Positions 19,786 to 29,564 of a DNA stretch of 64,000 nucleotides are shown piece after piece. Below the pieces are notes generated by a model that saw nothing but the letters and a program-made list of their open reading frames with translations, was not told where the DNA came from and searched no databases. Numbering within the stretch: position 1 is the first letter of the stretch; every line of letters starts with the position of its first letter. Source of the stretch: Longimicrobiales bacterium (lineage in GTDB: Bacteria > Gemmatimonadota > Gemmatimonadetes > Longimicrobiales > Gaopeijiaceae); NCBI GenBank assembly GCA_965226375.1, contig CBDDCX010000004.1, forward strand, positions 32,001 to 96,000. The letters run 5' to 3'. Position numbers and translations under genes: made by a program.

Positions 19786-20259
19786 ATGACGATGCGGACG
19801 CGAAATCACGTACTCAGGACACTGCCAGTGATCCTGGCCGTATTGGCGAGCTCGAGCACGTTGCAGGGCCAGATGGCCGACACCGCGGACGACGAGCACG
19901 AGATCCGACGCGTGGTGATGGAGGGGTACGTAGTGGGCATTCACGGCAACGGTGATCGTGAGGCCGTGCGAACCGGCTTCCATCCCGAGTTCGTGATGAA
20001 GGTCCTCGGCCGAGACGGCGCGGTCGCCAACGTCACCATCCAGGACTGGATGGCACGCCTACCCGCAGAGGGCACTCCGCCTGCACAGCCGGTGACCGCC
20101 GAGATTCCACGCGTGCTCCTTTCCGGAAACGCAGCGGTGGCGGAGATCCACATCGCGAGAGAGGGCGAGCAGATCTACACGGACTTCATCAGCCTGTACC
20201 GCTTCCCCGAAGGGTGGCGCATGGTGGCAAAGGTGTATTACAGCCATCCGACGTCGTAG
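19786..20259 (+). CDS. NTF2-like (lumazine-binding 2 type) exported protein
   Basis: Signal peptide; GFHPEF, GNAAVAEI, YTDFISLYRFPEGWRMVAK. Confidence 0.8.
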   Translation: MTMRTRNHVLRTLPVILAVLASSSTLQGQMADTADDEHEIRRVVMEGYVVGIHGNGDREAVRTGFHPEFVMKVLGRDGAVANVTIQDWMARLPAEGTPPAQPVTAEIPRVLLSGNAAVAEIHIAREGEQIYTDFISLYRFPEGWRMVAKVYYSHPTS

Positions 20260-20292
20260 CCGGGTCCGACTCTCCGTACCTCCGGGGTCGCC

Positions 20293-21216
20293 TCAGGCTG
20301 TGGCTACTTCAACCGACTGCGGCCCTCTGATATCGAGATTGAAGCCGACTCTTTCGATGACGGCCGTGAGTTCGGCGCGCGTGTAGTCGTCGATCTGCAT
20401 GCCCGGCGGGCGGATGAAGGTCGAGTCGATGATGCCGCGCTTCTGATAGGTGAACTTCCGGTAGGCCAGGCCGATCTTCGGCTGAAACTCGTACCGGATC
20501 AGGGGCACGTATCGGTCGAAGATGGCCGCAGCTAGTTCAGAGTCACCCGCCCTGAAGGCCTCGTAGACGGCGACCAGCACCTCAGGGAAGGCGAATCCGG
20601 TCATGATCCCTCTGGAGCCGCGTTGGAGTTCTTCCAGGAAATAGACGCCGCCGAGACCTCCGAATATCCCGATCGAGTCGGGCGCCAGCTTCTGGACGCG
20701 GGTCATCTTAGCCAGAGGAGGATAGTCCTCGAGCTTGATGTAGCTCACCCCGTCGATCTCGCTGGCCATCCGCGCGATGAGTTCGGGCGACAGGATGGTC
20801 CGGAAGGACTCCGGGAAGTCGTGGATGGCCACCGGGATGTCGAGTGCATCGGCCACGGAAGCGTAATAATCGAAGATCACCTGGTCGTTCTGAACGCCGA
20901 TGGGGGCGACGAACACACCTCCAGCGCCGAGATCCTGCGCCTCGAGGCCCTGCTCGACGGCACCCGCCGCTCCAAAGGCCAGGACACCCACCCAGACGGG
21001 GAACGAGCCGCCGGCCTGGTCCACAGCGGTCGCCACGACCTGCTTCCGCTCCGAGTTCGACAGCCGGTGCGCCTCGCCCATGAAGCCGAGGACGCTGACG
21101 CCGTGGACGCCGACCTCGATCTCGAAGTCGATGACACGCCGGAGACTGCCCTCGTCGACCTCGCCCTGGTCCGTGAACGGGGTGGGGAGGATGGGAAGAA
21201 CGCCTTGAAGCTGCAT
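20293..21216 (-). CDS. Dihydrodipicolinate synthase (DapA/NanA) family aldolase/lyase
   Basis: GVLPILPTPF, LGFMGEA, YIKLED with Schiff-base Lys, GIMTG. Confidence 0.88.
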   Translation of the reverse strand: MQLQGVLPILPTPFTDQGEVDEGSLRRVIDFEIEVGVHGVSVLGFMGEAHRLSNSERKQVVATAVDQAGGSFPVWVGVLAFGAAGAVEQGLEAQDLGAGGVFVAPIGVQNDQVIFDYYASVADALDIPVAIHDFPESFRTILSPELIARMASEIDGVSYIKLEDYPPLAKMTRVQKLAPDSIGIFGGLGGVYFLEELQRGSRGIMTGFAFPEVLVAVYEAFRAGDSELAAAIFDRYVPLIRYEFQPKIGLAYRKFTYQKRGIIDSTFIRPPGMQIDDYTRAELTAVIERVGFNLDIRGPQSVEVATA

Positions 21217-21242
21217 GAGGTTCGTCGTGTGGAAGTGACTGC

Positions 21243-22649
21243 CTACGGTCGTCTCGTGAGACCGGGTACGAACTGGCCGACGCCCGGCTCCACCGTGATC
21301 TGTCCGTCCTCGTAGATGCACCGGCCCCGAAGCCACGTGGAAATCACCCGCCCACGCACCCGACGCCCATGGTAGGGACTCCACCCCACCGCGTAGTGCA
21401 TCGCGCCCTCGTCCAGCGTCCACTCGGCATTGGCATCGAAGACGACGAAGTCTGCATCGGCTCCTAGCTCGAGTCGCCCCTTCCGCTCAAAGCCGAACAC
21501 CGACGCAGGCCCCGAACAGACGAGCTTGATGAATCGTTCGAGGTCGATGCGACCCGAGGCCACACCCTCACTGTAGAGGAGTGTCCCGAGTGTCTCGGCC
21601 CCGGGCATTCCCGCGTACGCCTCGAAGATATCTTCGGTCTCCTTCCGATAAAGCGGATAGGGGGAGTGGTCCGACGTGACGATATCGACTGTTCCTTCCT
21701 GCACCTGCTTCCAAAGGCCGTCCACGTCCCTCTGCGACCGAAGCGGCGGGTTGCACTTGGCCCGGCCTCCCTGCTCCCGAAGTGCGTCCATGGTGAGGAG
21801 CAAATACTGGAGGCACGTCTCTCCCGTCACCGAAACACCTTGTCCACGATTCCACTCTATGAGGTCGAACGTGCGAGGTAGCGTGCCATGCACCATGTGC
21901 AGATGAGCGCCCGTCCAATACGCCAACTCGAGCAAGCGGCCCGCTGCCTCGGCCTCGGCCACAGGCGGACGGCTCAAGGCGTGGTCGATGGGCGTCGTGT
22001 CACCGCGGGATTGAAACGCCTCCGCCTGGGCCAAGACGATCTCCTGATTCTCCTGGTGGGCCGCGACGGGGCGACCCGTGAGCGCGATCTCCTGAAAGGC
22101 CTCGTACAGACGCCCGTCGGGGATACGCGGAAAGCGCAGCGGATCGACTTCGATGGTCGACACCTTGAAGCCCGCAGCCCCAGCCTCGGCCATGTCGGCG
22201 ATGATGCCCAAGTCGCCTTCCGGAGGGAACGTGGCGTATAGACCGACATCGATGACGGCCTCGTGGCCGATGTCCACCACCTTGGCATCGAACCGCTCCC
22301 GGGAATTGACCGGGCGGGCGGGTTTGTCGAACGGCATGTCGACGATAGTCGTCGTCCCCCCAGCCGCCGCCGACCGGGTCGTGGCGGTGATGCCCTCGTC
22401 CACGCAGGACCGCGTGTGGACGTGCGCGTCCACAAATCCCGGGAGCACCAGGTACCCGGAAGCGTCGACAAGCTCGGTGCCGGCAAGCGGCGTGTTGGCA
22501 ACAGCCGTGATCTGCCCGTCGGCGATCCCGAGCCACCCAGCCGTCAGAACCGTTCCGTCTGGAAGGGCGACGTCACCTTGTACGACAAGATCGTGGATCT
22601 CCGGGCGGGTCTCGGCCCCTCTCTCCGCTTGGGTCTCCCGATCGGTCAC
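21243..22649 (-). CDS. Cyclic amidohydrolase (allantoinase/dihydroorotase-like)
   Basis: PGFVDAHVH, AAAGGTTTIVDMP, KCNPPLR, SDHSP, GRLELGADADFVVF. Confidence 0.88.
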   Translation of the reverse strand: MTDRETQAERGAETRPEIHDLVVQGDVALPDGTVLTAGWLGIADGQITAVANTPLAGTELVDASGYLVLPGFVDAHVHTRSCVDEGITATTRSAAAGGTTTIVDMPFDKPARPVNSRERFDAKVVDIGHEAVIDVGLYATFPPEGDLGIIADMAEAGAAGFKVSTIEVDPLRFPRIPDGRLYEAFQEIALTGRPVAAHQENQEIVLAQAEAFQSRGDTTPIDHALSRPPVAEAEAAGRLLELAYWTGAHLHMVHGTLPRTFDLIEWNRGQGVSVTGETCLQYLLLTMDALREQGGRAKCNPPLRSQRDVDGLWKQVQEGTVDIVTSDHSPYPLYRKETEDIFEAYAGMPGAETLGTLLYSEGVASGRIDLERFIKLVCSGPASVFGFERKGRLELGADADFVVFDANAEWTLDEGAMHYAVGWSPYHGRRVRGRVISTWLRGRCIYEDGQITVEPGVGQFVPGLTRRP

Positions 22650-22861
22650 CGATTGGGCCTCATAACGTCTGCAGCTTCCTTTCGAGGACATCCATGACAA
22701 TGACGAATGCTCGGCTGAGCCACTTCCAGGGACAAGGCCCGGAACACAGGTGCCCTTCCACCTCCACCTTTCATCATCGGCATGGGCACCCGTAGGATGG
22801 GGTCGGCCGTGGCATCTGTCCGCGGCCCGCCCGGTGTGCCGGATCACCTCAGCGAGGTCGT

Positions 22862-24270
22862 ATGCTCGGATCTTTCCTCGACAGCCTGGCCGTTATCGAC
22901 ACGTTCCTGTGGGGGCCGTGGACCATGGCCTTCTTCGCGGGAGTTGCGGTCTACTTCACCGTCCGCTCGGGCTTCTTCCCGATCTCGGGGCTCGGGTACA
23001 TCCTCCGGAACACCGTCGGAAGACTCGGCCTCGGCTCCGCCACCATCTAAGAAGGCCAGACCCTGACTCCGGTGCAGGCCGCCGCGACATCACTGGCCGG
23101 CACGGTGGGGATGGGCAACATGGCGGGCGTGGCGACGGCGCTATCGGTCGGCGGCGCCGGAGCCATCTTCTGGATGTGGCTTCTGGCCTTCTTCATGATG
23201 ATGTCGAAGACGGTCGAGATCACCCTGGGGATCTACTACCGGGAGCGAAGCCCCGATGGCCGGTTGCGGGGTGGGCCGCAGTACTACATCCGCCGTGGCC
23301 TCGGCTGGCACCCTCTCGCCCTCCTGTTCAGTGCCGGCATGCTCATCAACGCCGTGTTCGCGGCCTCGATGCTGCAGTCTCATACGGTGGGCCGTGCGCT
23401 GCTGGCGAGTTACAGCCTGAATCCCTACGTCGTAGCGGTCTCGGTGGCGGCCATCACAGCACTGGTCGTCCTGGGTGGTCTCCGGCGGATCGGCCGCTTC
23501 TCGGAGCGGCTGGTCCCGATCATGACCTTGGCCTATCTGGCCGGCGGGATCGTTGTGATCGTAGCAAACATGGAAGCTCTCCCAGCGGTTTTTAGCTCGA
23601 TCTTTACGCACGCGTTCTCCGCCACGGCCGGAGCCGGGGGCGCGGCTGGAATTGCCGTGAGTACCGCGATCAAGCAGGGGATGGCTCGGGGTATGCTCTC
23701 CAACGGGCGGGCATGGGCAGCGCCCCGATGGTGCACGCCACCGCACAGACGGAGCACCCATTCCAACAGGGTGTGTGGGGCGCCTTCGAGGTGTTCTTCG
23801 ACACGATCGTGATCTGCTCCATCACGGCGCTGGCGATCCTCTCGACCGGCGCGATGGCTGATGGTGAGTCGGGGATCGAGCTGCTGCTGACGGCGTTCGC
23901 GAGGGTGTTCCCGCTGTCGGTGGCGTCGATCATCGTGTCGGGGTCCATCGCGACGTTCTGCTTGTCCACACAGATCAGCTTCTACGTCTATTTCGAGACC
24001 TGCCTGGTGAGCCTGGTGGGGCTGCGCCCGGTCCGGGTGCTGCGCTGGCTTTACTTCTTGCCCGGAATCGTCGTTGCGGGAGTTGCCGATGTGGATCGCC
24101 TGTGGGTGGTCGCCAACATTGCGGTCGCCGTGGTAGCGATTCCGAACCTGGTAGCGATGCTGAGCCTCTCGGGGGTGTTCACGACGCTCATGAAGGACGA
24201 GCTTTCGGGGGAAAGGGCCTACGCGACGGCTGATGTGGATGACTCCGAGCCGGTGCTGAAACGGAGCTAG
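22862..24270 (+). pseudogene. Alanine/glycine:cation symporter (AlsT/AgcS family), disrupted
   Basis: GTVGMGNMAGVATA..GGAGAIFWMW, GGPQYYI, FEVFFDTIVICSITAL; in-frame TAA at 23048-23050; 1-nt deletion near 23705 breaks the conserved SNEAGMGSAP (AACG-GGCGGGC). Confidence 0.85.
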
Positions 24271-24298
24271 GCGACGGGGCCCGCGCACTCCAAACTGA

Positions 24299-25552
24299 TT
24301 AGGCCCCCCGCTCGTCCAAGACGCTACCGCCGTTCTTTTCGACGGTGCCAGGCTTCACGACTTCGATGTCGAGCCTGAGCTTCACCGCCTGCTCGAGCGA
24401 GCGCTGCACCGCAGCCGTGTCGAGAGCGACAAGGTCGTCCGCCTCGATGCGCACCGTCAACCGGTCCACATGCCCCTCGGCCGTGACTACCCCCTGCCAC
24501 CCCACCACCTCCGGATAGGACCCCAGCGCGCCGGCGATCTGCCTGGGATGCACGAACATCCCCTTCACCTTCACACCCTCCCCCACCCTACCCAGAAAGC
24601 CCTTCAACCGACCGCTGGTGCGACCGCACGGACACGCACCCTCGACGAATGCGGACAGGTCACCCGTACCGAACCGGACAAGGGGATACGTCTCGTTGGG
24701 GCTCGTGACAACGACCTCGCCCGTCTCACCCGCGGGAAGGGGGGCACCCGTAGCCGGGTCGGTGATCTCGATCGCCACCCCGGGCGCTATGTGCCACCCC
24801 ATCCTCTCCGCACACTCGAAGCCGAGGGTGCCCGCATCCGCTGTTCCGTACGACTCGTAGGCATCGACACCGTGCTCGGTCCGGACTGCCTCCCGCATGG
24901 CCGGAAAGAACGGCCCCCCGGTCACGAGCGCTCGCTCCAGCCCCAAGGTGGCGCCCATCTCCACTGCCTTCTCCAGGAGTACGAGCAGGAACTGGGGCGT
25001 ACCCACGTAGCCGGTCACCCCTGCCACACGGGCCAGCTCGACCTGCGCGGCCGAGTTACCAACCCCGCCAGGGATGACCACACACCCCACCTCCCGGAGG
25101 CCGGCGTCCAGCATCAGACCACCGGGCGTCAGGTGGTACGAGAACGTGTTGAGCACCACCTGGCCGGCCTCGAAGCCGGCGGCGTGGAGCGCGGGGGCCA
25201 CACGCCAGAAGTCCGGACCCTGACCCTGCGGATCGAGGATGGGACCGGGCGACGTGAAGATCCGTTTCAGATCTCTGACGGGGACGGCCAGCATACCTCC
25301 GAAAGGAGGTGACGCGGCCTGAAGATCCGGAAGGCTGTCTTTGGAGAGGACCGGTATCGACGCCAAGTCCGACAGGCCCCGAATGCTGTCAGCCTCCACG
25401 CCTGCCGCGGCCAGACGGGCGGCGACCTCGGCTGACTGCTCGGAGGCGTAAGTAACAGCCCGCCTGACCAGTTCATCCCGATGTTCCTGCCAATTTGGCA
25501 GATATTCTGGCCCTGCAATGCCGTGAGGGGCTCGTTCGCTCACGAGAGCCAT
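24299..25552 (-). CDS. Phenylacetate-CoA ligase (PaaK-like) family protein
   Basis: RIFTSPGP, NTFSYHLTPGG, ESYGTADAG, RFGTGDLS, KVKGMFVHP. Confidence 0.87.
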   Translation of the reverse strand: MALVSERAPHGIAGPEYLPNWQEHRDELVRRAVTYASEQSAEVAARLAAAGVEADSIRGLSDLASIPVLSKDSLPDLQAASPPFGGMLAVPVRDLKRIFTSPGPILDPQGQGPDFWRVAPALHAAGFEAGQVVLNTFSYHLTPGGLMLDAGLREVGCVVIPGGVGNSAAQVELARVAGVTGYVGTPQFLLVLLEKAVEMGATLGLERALVTGGPFFPAMREAVRTEHGVDAYESYGTADAGTLGFECAERMGWHIAPGVAIEITDPATGAPLPAGETGEVVVTSPNETYPLVRFGTGDLSAFVEGACPCGRTSGRLKGFLGRVGEGVKVKGMFVHPRQIAGALGSYPEVVGWQGVVTAEGHVDRLTVRIEADDLVALDTAAVQRSLEQAVKLRLDIEVVKPGTVEKNGGSVLDERGA

Positions 25553-26334
25553 CGCTTCCGGCGCCGGTAGTGCTTCACGTCACGATAGGAGCGCCGCTGA
25601 TCCCCGGCGCCGAGCCCCAGATAGAACTCCTTCACGTCGGCGTTGTCCCTGAGGCTGTCCGCCGTGCCCTCGAGCACTATGCGTCCCCCTTCCATCACGT
25701 ACCCGACGTCCGCAACGGACAGGGCGATCCGCGCGTTCTGCTCCACCAGGAGAATGGTGGTCCCCTCCTCGCGGTTGATGCGTGCGAGGGTCTCGAAGAT
25801 CGAGCGGACCAACAGGGGCGCCAGGCCCAGAGAGGGCTCATCCAGAAGCATGAGACGAGGGCGAGCCATCAGCGCCCGGCCCACGGCGAGCATCTGCTGC
25901 TCTCCACCGGACAGATACCCGGCGTGCTGCTTGGCCCGCTCACCCAAGCGCGGGAAGTACTCGAAGACCCTCTCGACATCCGGGCGCACTTCACCCCGGT
26001 CTCGCCGGGTGTAGGCACCGGCCAGGAGGTTCTCCTCCACAGTCAGGGTCTCGAAGACTCGCCGCCCTTCCATCACCTGGAAGATGCCGCCACGCACGAT
26101 CTCCGAGGCGCCCATTCCGTGGATGTCTCGCCCCTGGAACTCGATTTTACCGTCCGAGACCCGGCCATCGTCGGGTTCCAGAAGGCCGGAGATGGCCTTC
26201 AGTGTCGTGGTCTTGCCCGCGCCGTTGGGGCCAAGCAGAGCGGTTATCGAGCCTTCGGCCACAGAGAGTGACAAACCCTTGAGAACCAGGATCACCTCGT
26301 CGTAGCGGACCTCGACGTTGGTCAGGTCCAACAT
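25540..26334 (-). CDS. Branched-chain-type ABC transporter ATP-binding subunit (LivF-like)
   Basis: GPNGAGKTT, LSGGEQQML, DEPSLGLAP, VEQNA. Confidence 0.92.
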   Translation of the reverse strand: MLDLTNVEVRYDEVILVLKGLSLSVAEGSITALLGPNGAGKTTTLKAISGLLEPDDGRVSDGKIEFQGRDIHGMGASEIVRGGIFQVMEGRRVFETLTVEENLLAGAYTRRDRGEVRPDVERVFEYFPRLGERAKQHAGYLSGGEQQMLAVGRALMARPRLMLLDEPSLGLAPLLVRSIFETLARINREEGTTILLVEQNARIALSVADVGYVMEGGRIVLEGTADSLRDNADVKEFYLGLGAGDQRRSYRDVKHYRRRKRWLS

Positions 26335-26338
26335 CGAC

Positions 26339-27532
26339 TCAGCGTCCGCCGTTGGCCGAAGGACGCCGGAAGTCCGTGATGGGATCCCACACACCCCCGT
26401 CCACCCGATACAGGCGAACGGCCTTTGCACCGCGATGATCCTCCGGACTAAAGGTGATCGGTGCCGTCACGCCGCCCATATCCATCTGCGACACCCCCTC
26501 CAGCGCAGCCTTGATGTTTTCTCCGGTGACCTCTTGGTCGGCCTCTATAACACGTCCGATGCCTTCGGCCAAGACGGCCATCGTCCACCAGCCCTGGGTC
26601 AGAGCGTTGCTCTTCTCTTCGATGGCCTCACCCTTCGCCTCCAGCAGCGTGCGGATGTCCTGAGTGCCCGTCAGCTCACTGGCGACCGGAGCGAACGGCA
26701 TGGAGCCGATCACTCCCTCGGACGCCTCGGGGGCGAGGCTGACCAGCAGCCGGTTCGCACACCAATTCAAGCACACAAAAGTGACGTCCAACCCAAGGCT
26801 CCGTGCGTTGCGTACTGCCAGCGCCACCGGACCCGACGTGTTCTGAAAGACCACGTACTTCGCCCCGGCCTGCCTGATCCGGGTCAGCTCGGCAGTGAAG
26901 TCGGTAGCGCCGCGGGGCATTTCATAGGCCCGAGCGTCGACCCCAATCCGCGCAGCATAAGCCTCCCCGCCCTGCTGCCAAGGAGACAACCCAAAAGGGC
27001 TGGCGTTGTGCATCAGCGCTACGGAGGGTCGCCCGGCCTCACCCCTGGAGGCGTAGTCCTCCTTGATCCAGTCGAGAACGATAAAGAACTGGTCGCTGTA
27101 GGTGGCGGCCACCAAGAAGTTGTAGGGAGCGTCCTCGGCATCGCCCAGACGGTGGGACAGCGACGCGGACGTGAACGGAAGCTGATCCTCGACGATGCGC
27201 CGCTGCAGCGCCTCCGTGTCTCCCGTACCCCATCCCATGAACGCGACCACACCCTCCTGTACGAACTGGCTGTAGAGCTGCTCGGCCCGGCTCACGTCGT
27301 ACCCGTAATCCTGGTAGATGAGGTCGATGGGCCGACCCTCGATCCCGCCCGTCCCGTTGCGCCACTCGACGTAGGCGCGGATCCCCTCCGCGTAGTCCGT
27401 CCCAACGTCCGCCGTGGGCCCACTGAGGTCGAAGATGGCGCCGATCTTGATCGCGTTGGAGTCGTTGGAGGCCACACCCCCACAGGCGAGCGCCAACGGA
27501 AGCAAGATCAGACATGAGGCGAGTCTTCTCAT
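26339..27532 (-). CDS. ABC transporter substrate-binding lipoprotein (LivK-like, PBP type 1)
   Basis: Lipobox ALAC; IKIGAIFDLSGPTA, GWGTGDT. Confidence 0.88.
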   Translation of the reverse strand: MRRLASCLILLPLALACGGVASNDSNAIKIGAIFDLSGPTADVGTDYAEGIRAYVEWRNGTGGIEGRPIDLIYQDYGYDVSRAEQLYSQFVQEGVVAFMGWGTGDTEALQRRIVEDQLPFTSASLSHRLGDAEDAPYNFLVAATYSDQFFIVLDWIKEDYASRGEAGRPSVALMHNASPFGLSPWQQGGEAYAARIGVDARAYEMPRGATDFTAELTRIRQAGAKYVVFQNTSGPVALAVRNARSLGLDVTFVCLNWCANRLLVSLAPEASEGVIGSMPFAPVASELTGTQDIRTLLEAKGEAIEEKSNALTQGWWTMAVLAEGIGRVIEADQEVTGENIKAALEGVSQMDMGGVTAPITFSPEDHRGAKAVRLYRVDGGVWDPITDFRRPSANGGR

Positions 27533-27575
27533 CCAGCGCTCCTTTGCCGGGACGGCGCCCCAGCGGGCACCACCT

Positions 27576-28625
27576 TCATGATCGGTACGCATAAGGCCAA
27601 ACGTGGAAGTAATCCTTCACGTTTCGCCACAGCTTGGCGAGTCCCTCGGGCTCGAGGACAACGAACAGGATGATAACGACCCCGAACACGGCCTGCTGCA
27701 CGTGGGGCATCACTCCCGCGACGGCGGGTGCGGAGTCCTGGAGGGCCCGTCCCAGCGTACCGATGCCCGCCGGCAACAAGGTGATCAGCACAGCGCCGAA
27801 GAACGAGCCCGACACACTACCCAGACCGCCGACGATGATCATGGCCAGGTACACGATGCTGGTCTCGAGCGTGAACCGCTCCCACGTGACGATCGTGCGG
27901 TAGTAGGCGATGAGCGCCCCGGACAACCCGACAAAGAACGACGAGGTCGCAAAAGCCAGCAGCTTGTACCGGAAGACGTTCACACCCATGGCGCTCGCCG
28001 CGATGTCCTGGTCGCGGATCGCCACGAAGGCCCGGCCGACCCGAGAGCGGAAAAGATTCGCGGCAAACAGCGCGGTGCCCGCTGCCGCGGCGGCACCCAA
28101 CCAGTAGAACCGGAAGTCCGTGTTCATGCGAAGACCGAACAGCATGGGCGACGGCAGCACCAGGGCCTCGGTGCCTCCGGTCAGGAAGGTCGAGTGAGTC
28201 ACCACCCACTCCACGATCTCCTGGGCGGCGAGGGTGGCCACCGCCAGGTAGAGTCCCTTCAGGCGAAGCGATGGGAGCCCGAAGAACACGCCCACCGCCG
28301 CTGTGAGCAAAGCCGCCAGCACCATGCTCACCCCCCAGGGCAGTCCCAACCTCAACGTCATGAGCCCTGCGCCGTAGGCGCCAACCGCCATGAACGCACC
28401 CTGGCCCAACGAGATCTGCCCTGTGTACCCGACCAGAATGTTCAAGCCGATGGCACCCACCGTGGCGATGGCGATCTGGTTGGCCAACGTCAGACCGTAG
28501 GGCGTCGCCACGAAGGGAAACACCAGGACGGCAGCCGCGAACAGCCACAGGCGCAGGCGCTCGGCAGGCTTTCGCCTGAGACCCATGTCCGACCGGTAGT
28601 CGGTAAAGAAGACGCCGCATTCCAT
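27576..28625 (-). CDS. Branched-chain-type ABC transporter permease (LivM-like)
   Basis: GYTGQISLGQGAF, LRLKGLYLAVATLA, GRAFVAIRD. Confidence 0.9.
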   Translation of the reverse strand: MECGVFFTDYRSDMGLRRKPAERLRLWLFAAAVLVFPFVATPYGLTLANQIAIATVGAIGLNILVGYTGQISLGQGAFMAVGAYGAGLMTLRLGLPWGVSMVLAALLTAAVGVFFGLPSLRLKGLYLAVATLAAQEIVEWVVTHSTFLTGGTEALVLPSPMLFGLRMNTDFRFYWLGAAAAAGTALFAANLFRSRVGRAFVAIRDQDIAASAMGVNVFRYKLLAFATSSFFVGLSGALIAYYRTIVTWERFTLETSIVYLAMIIVGGLGSVSGSFFGAVLITLLPAGIGTLGRALQDSAPAVAGVMPHVQQAVFGVVIILFVVLEPEGLAKLWRNVKDYFHVWPYAYRS

Positions 28626-28689
28626 GGCTAGTGTGCCGCCCCGGGAGTTCGCCGGGACACTAGAGTGCCCCCGTCGGCAGAATGCGACA

Positions 28690-29562
28690 TCAGACGCGCT
28701 CGATGATAGGCCGGCCGAACAGCCCGTAGGGGCGAACCATGAGCACCACGATCAGCACGACGAAGGGTACGACCAGATTCAATCCGTGCCCCACATAGCC
28801 GCCGGTGTACGCCTCCAGGAGCCCGATCACCGCACCGGCGATGACGGCTCCCGCGATGGAGTCCAGGCCACCAAGAATCACGACGGGAAAGACCCGCAGG
28901 CCGACCGCGCTGATGTTCTGGCTCACACCCACGATATTGCCCAGCATGATGCCGCCCAGAGCCGCCGACACACCGGCGAGCGCCCATGCGATGCCGATCA
29001 CCCTCTTGATGCTGATCCCCATGCTCAGTGCCGCTTGCTGGTCGTCGGCGATGGCCCGCATGGCGATGCCGTCCCGCGTGTACCGGAAGAAGAGACCGAG
29101 CAGGATCAGAACCACGGCCGCGGTCGGAATCACGATGAGCCGATCCATACCCAGCACGGCTGATCCTATCGTGATCTCGCCACGTGGCAGAAAGGCCGGA
29201 AACGTACGAGGTCGGGCGCCCCAAACCGCGTTCACCAGGGCTCGCAGCACACTGGACAACCCTACCGTCACCATGATCATGGATATGACGGGCTCCCCGA
29301 TGAGGGGGCGGAGCGCGAGACGCTCGATGAGCAGCCCCAAAACGACAGCCAGCACCAGAGTTAGGGCGACCCCCACACTCCAAGGGAGCCCGATCTGGGC
29401 GATGGTCGAGAAGGAGAGATAGGCTCCGAACAGGAGCAGCTCGCCCTGAGCGAAGTTGATCACGTCGCTGGCCTTGTAGATCACCACGAAGCCGACGGCC
29501 GCAAGGGCGTAGACCATGCCGTTCGAGAGGCCGGAGACCGTCAACTGCAGGAAGATGGCCAC
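28690..29562 (-). CDS. Branched-chain-type ABC transporter permease (LivH-like)
   Basis: YALAAVGFVVIYKASDVINFAQG, GIAMRA, VRPYGLFG. Confidence 0.9.
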   Translation of the reverse strand: MAIFLQLTVSGLSNGMVYALAAVGFVVIYKASDVINFAQGELLLFGAYLSFSTIAQIGLPWSVGVALTLVLAVVLGLLIERLALRPLIGEPVISMIMVTVGLSSVLRALVNAVWGARPRTFPAFLPRGEITIGSAVLGMDRLIVIPTAAVVLILLGLFFRYTRDGIAMRAIADDQQAALSMGISIKRVIGIAWALAGVSAALGGIMLGNIVGVSQNISAVGLRVFPVVILGGLDSIAGAVIAGAVIGLLEAYTGGYVGHGLNLVVPFVVLIVVLMVRPYGLFGRPIIERV

Positions 29563-29564
29563 GG

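Noticed and set aside
22650..22861. Glycine riboswitch upstream of the alsT-like gene
   Set aside because: The expected GGAGA...CCGAAG...CTCTCAGG elements are not present
28628..28663. CTAGTGT...ACACTAG hairpin between livH and livM
   Set aside because: Single short imperfect stem with no U-tract and no second copy seen; at most an mRNA stability element
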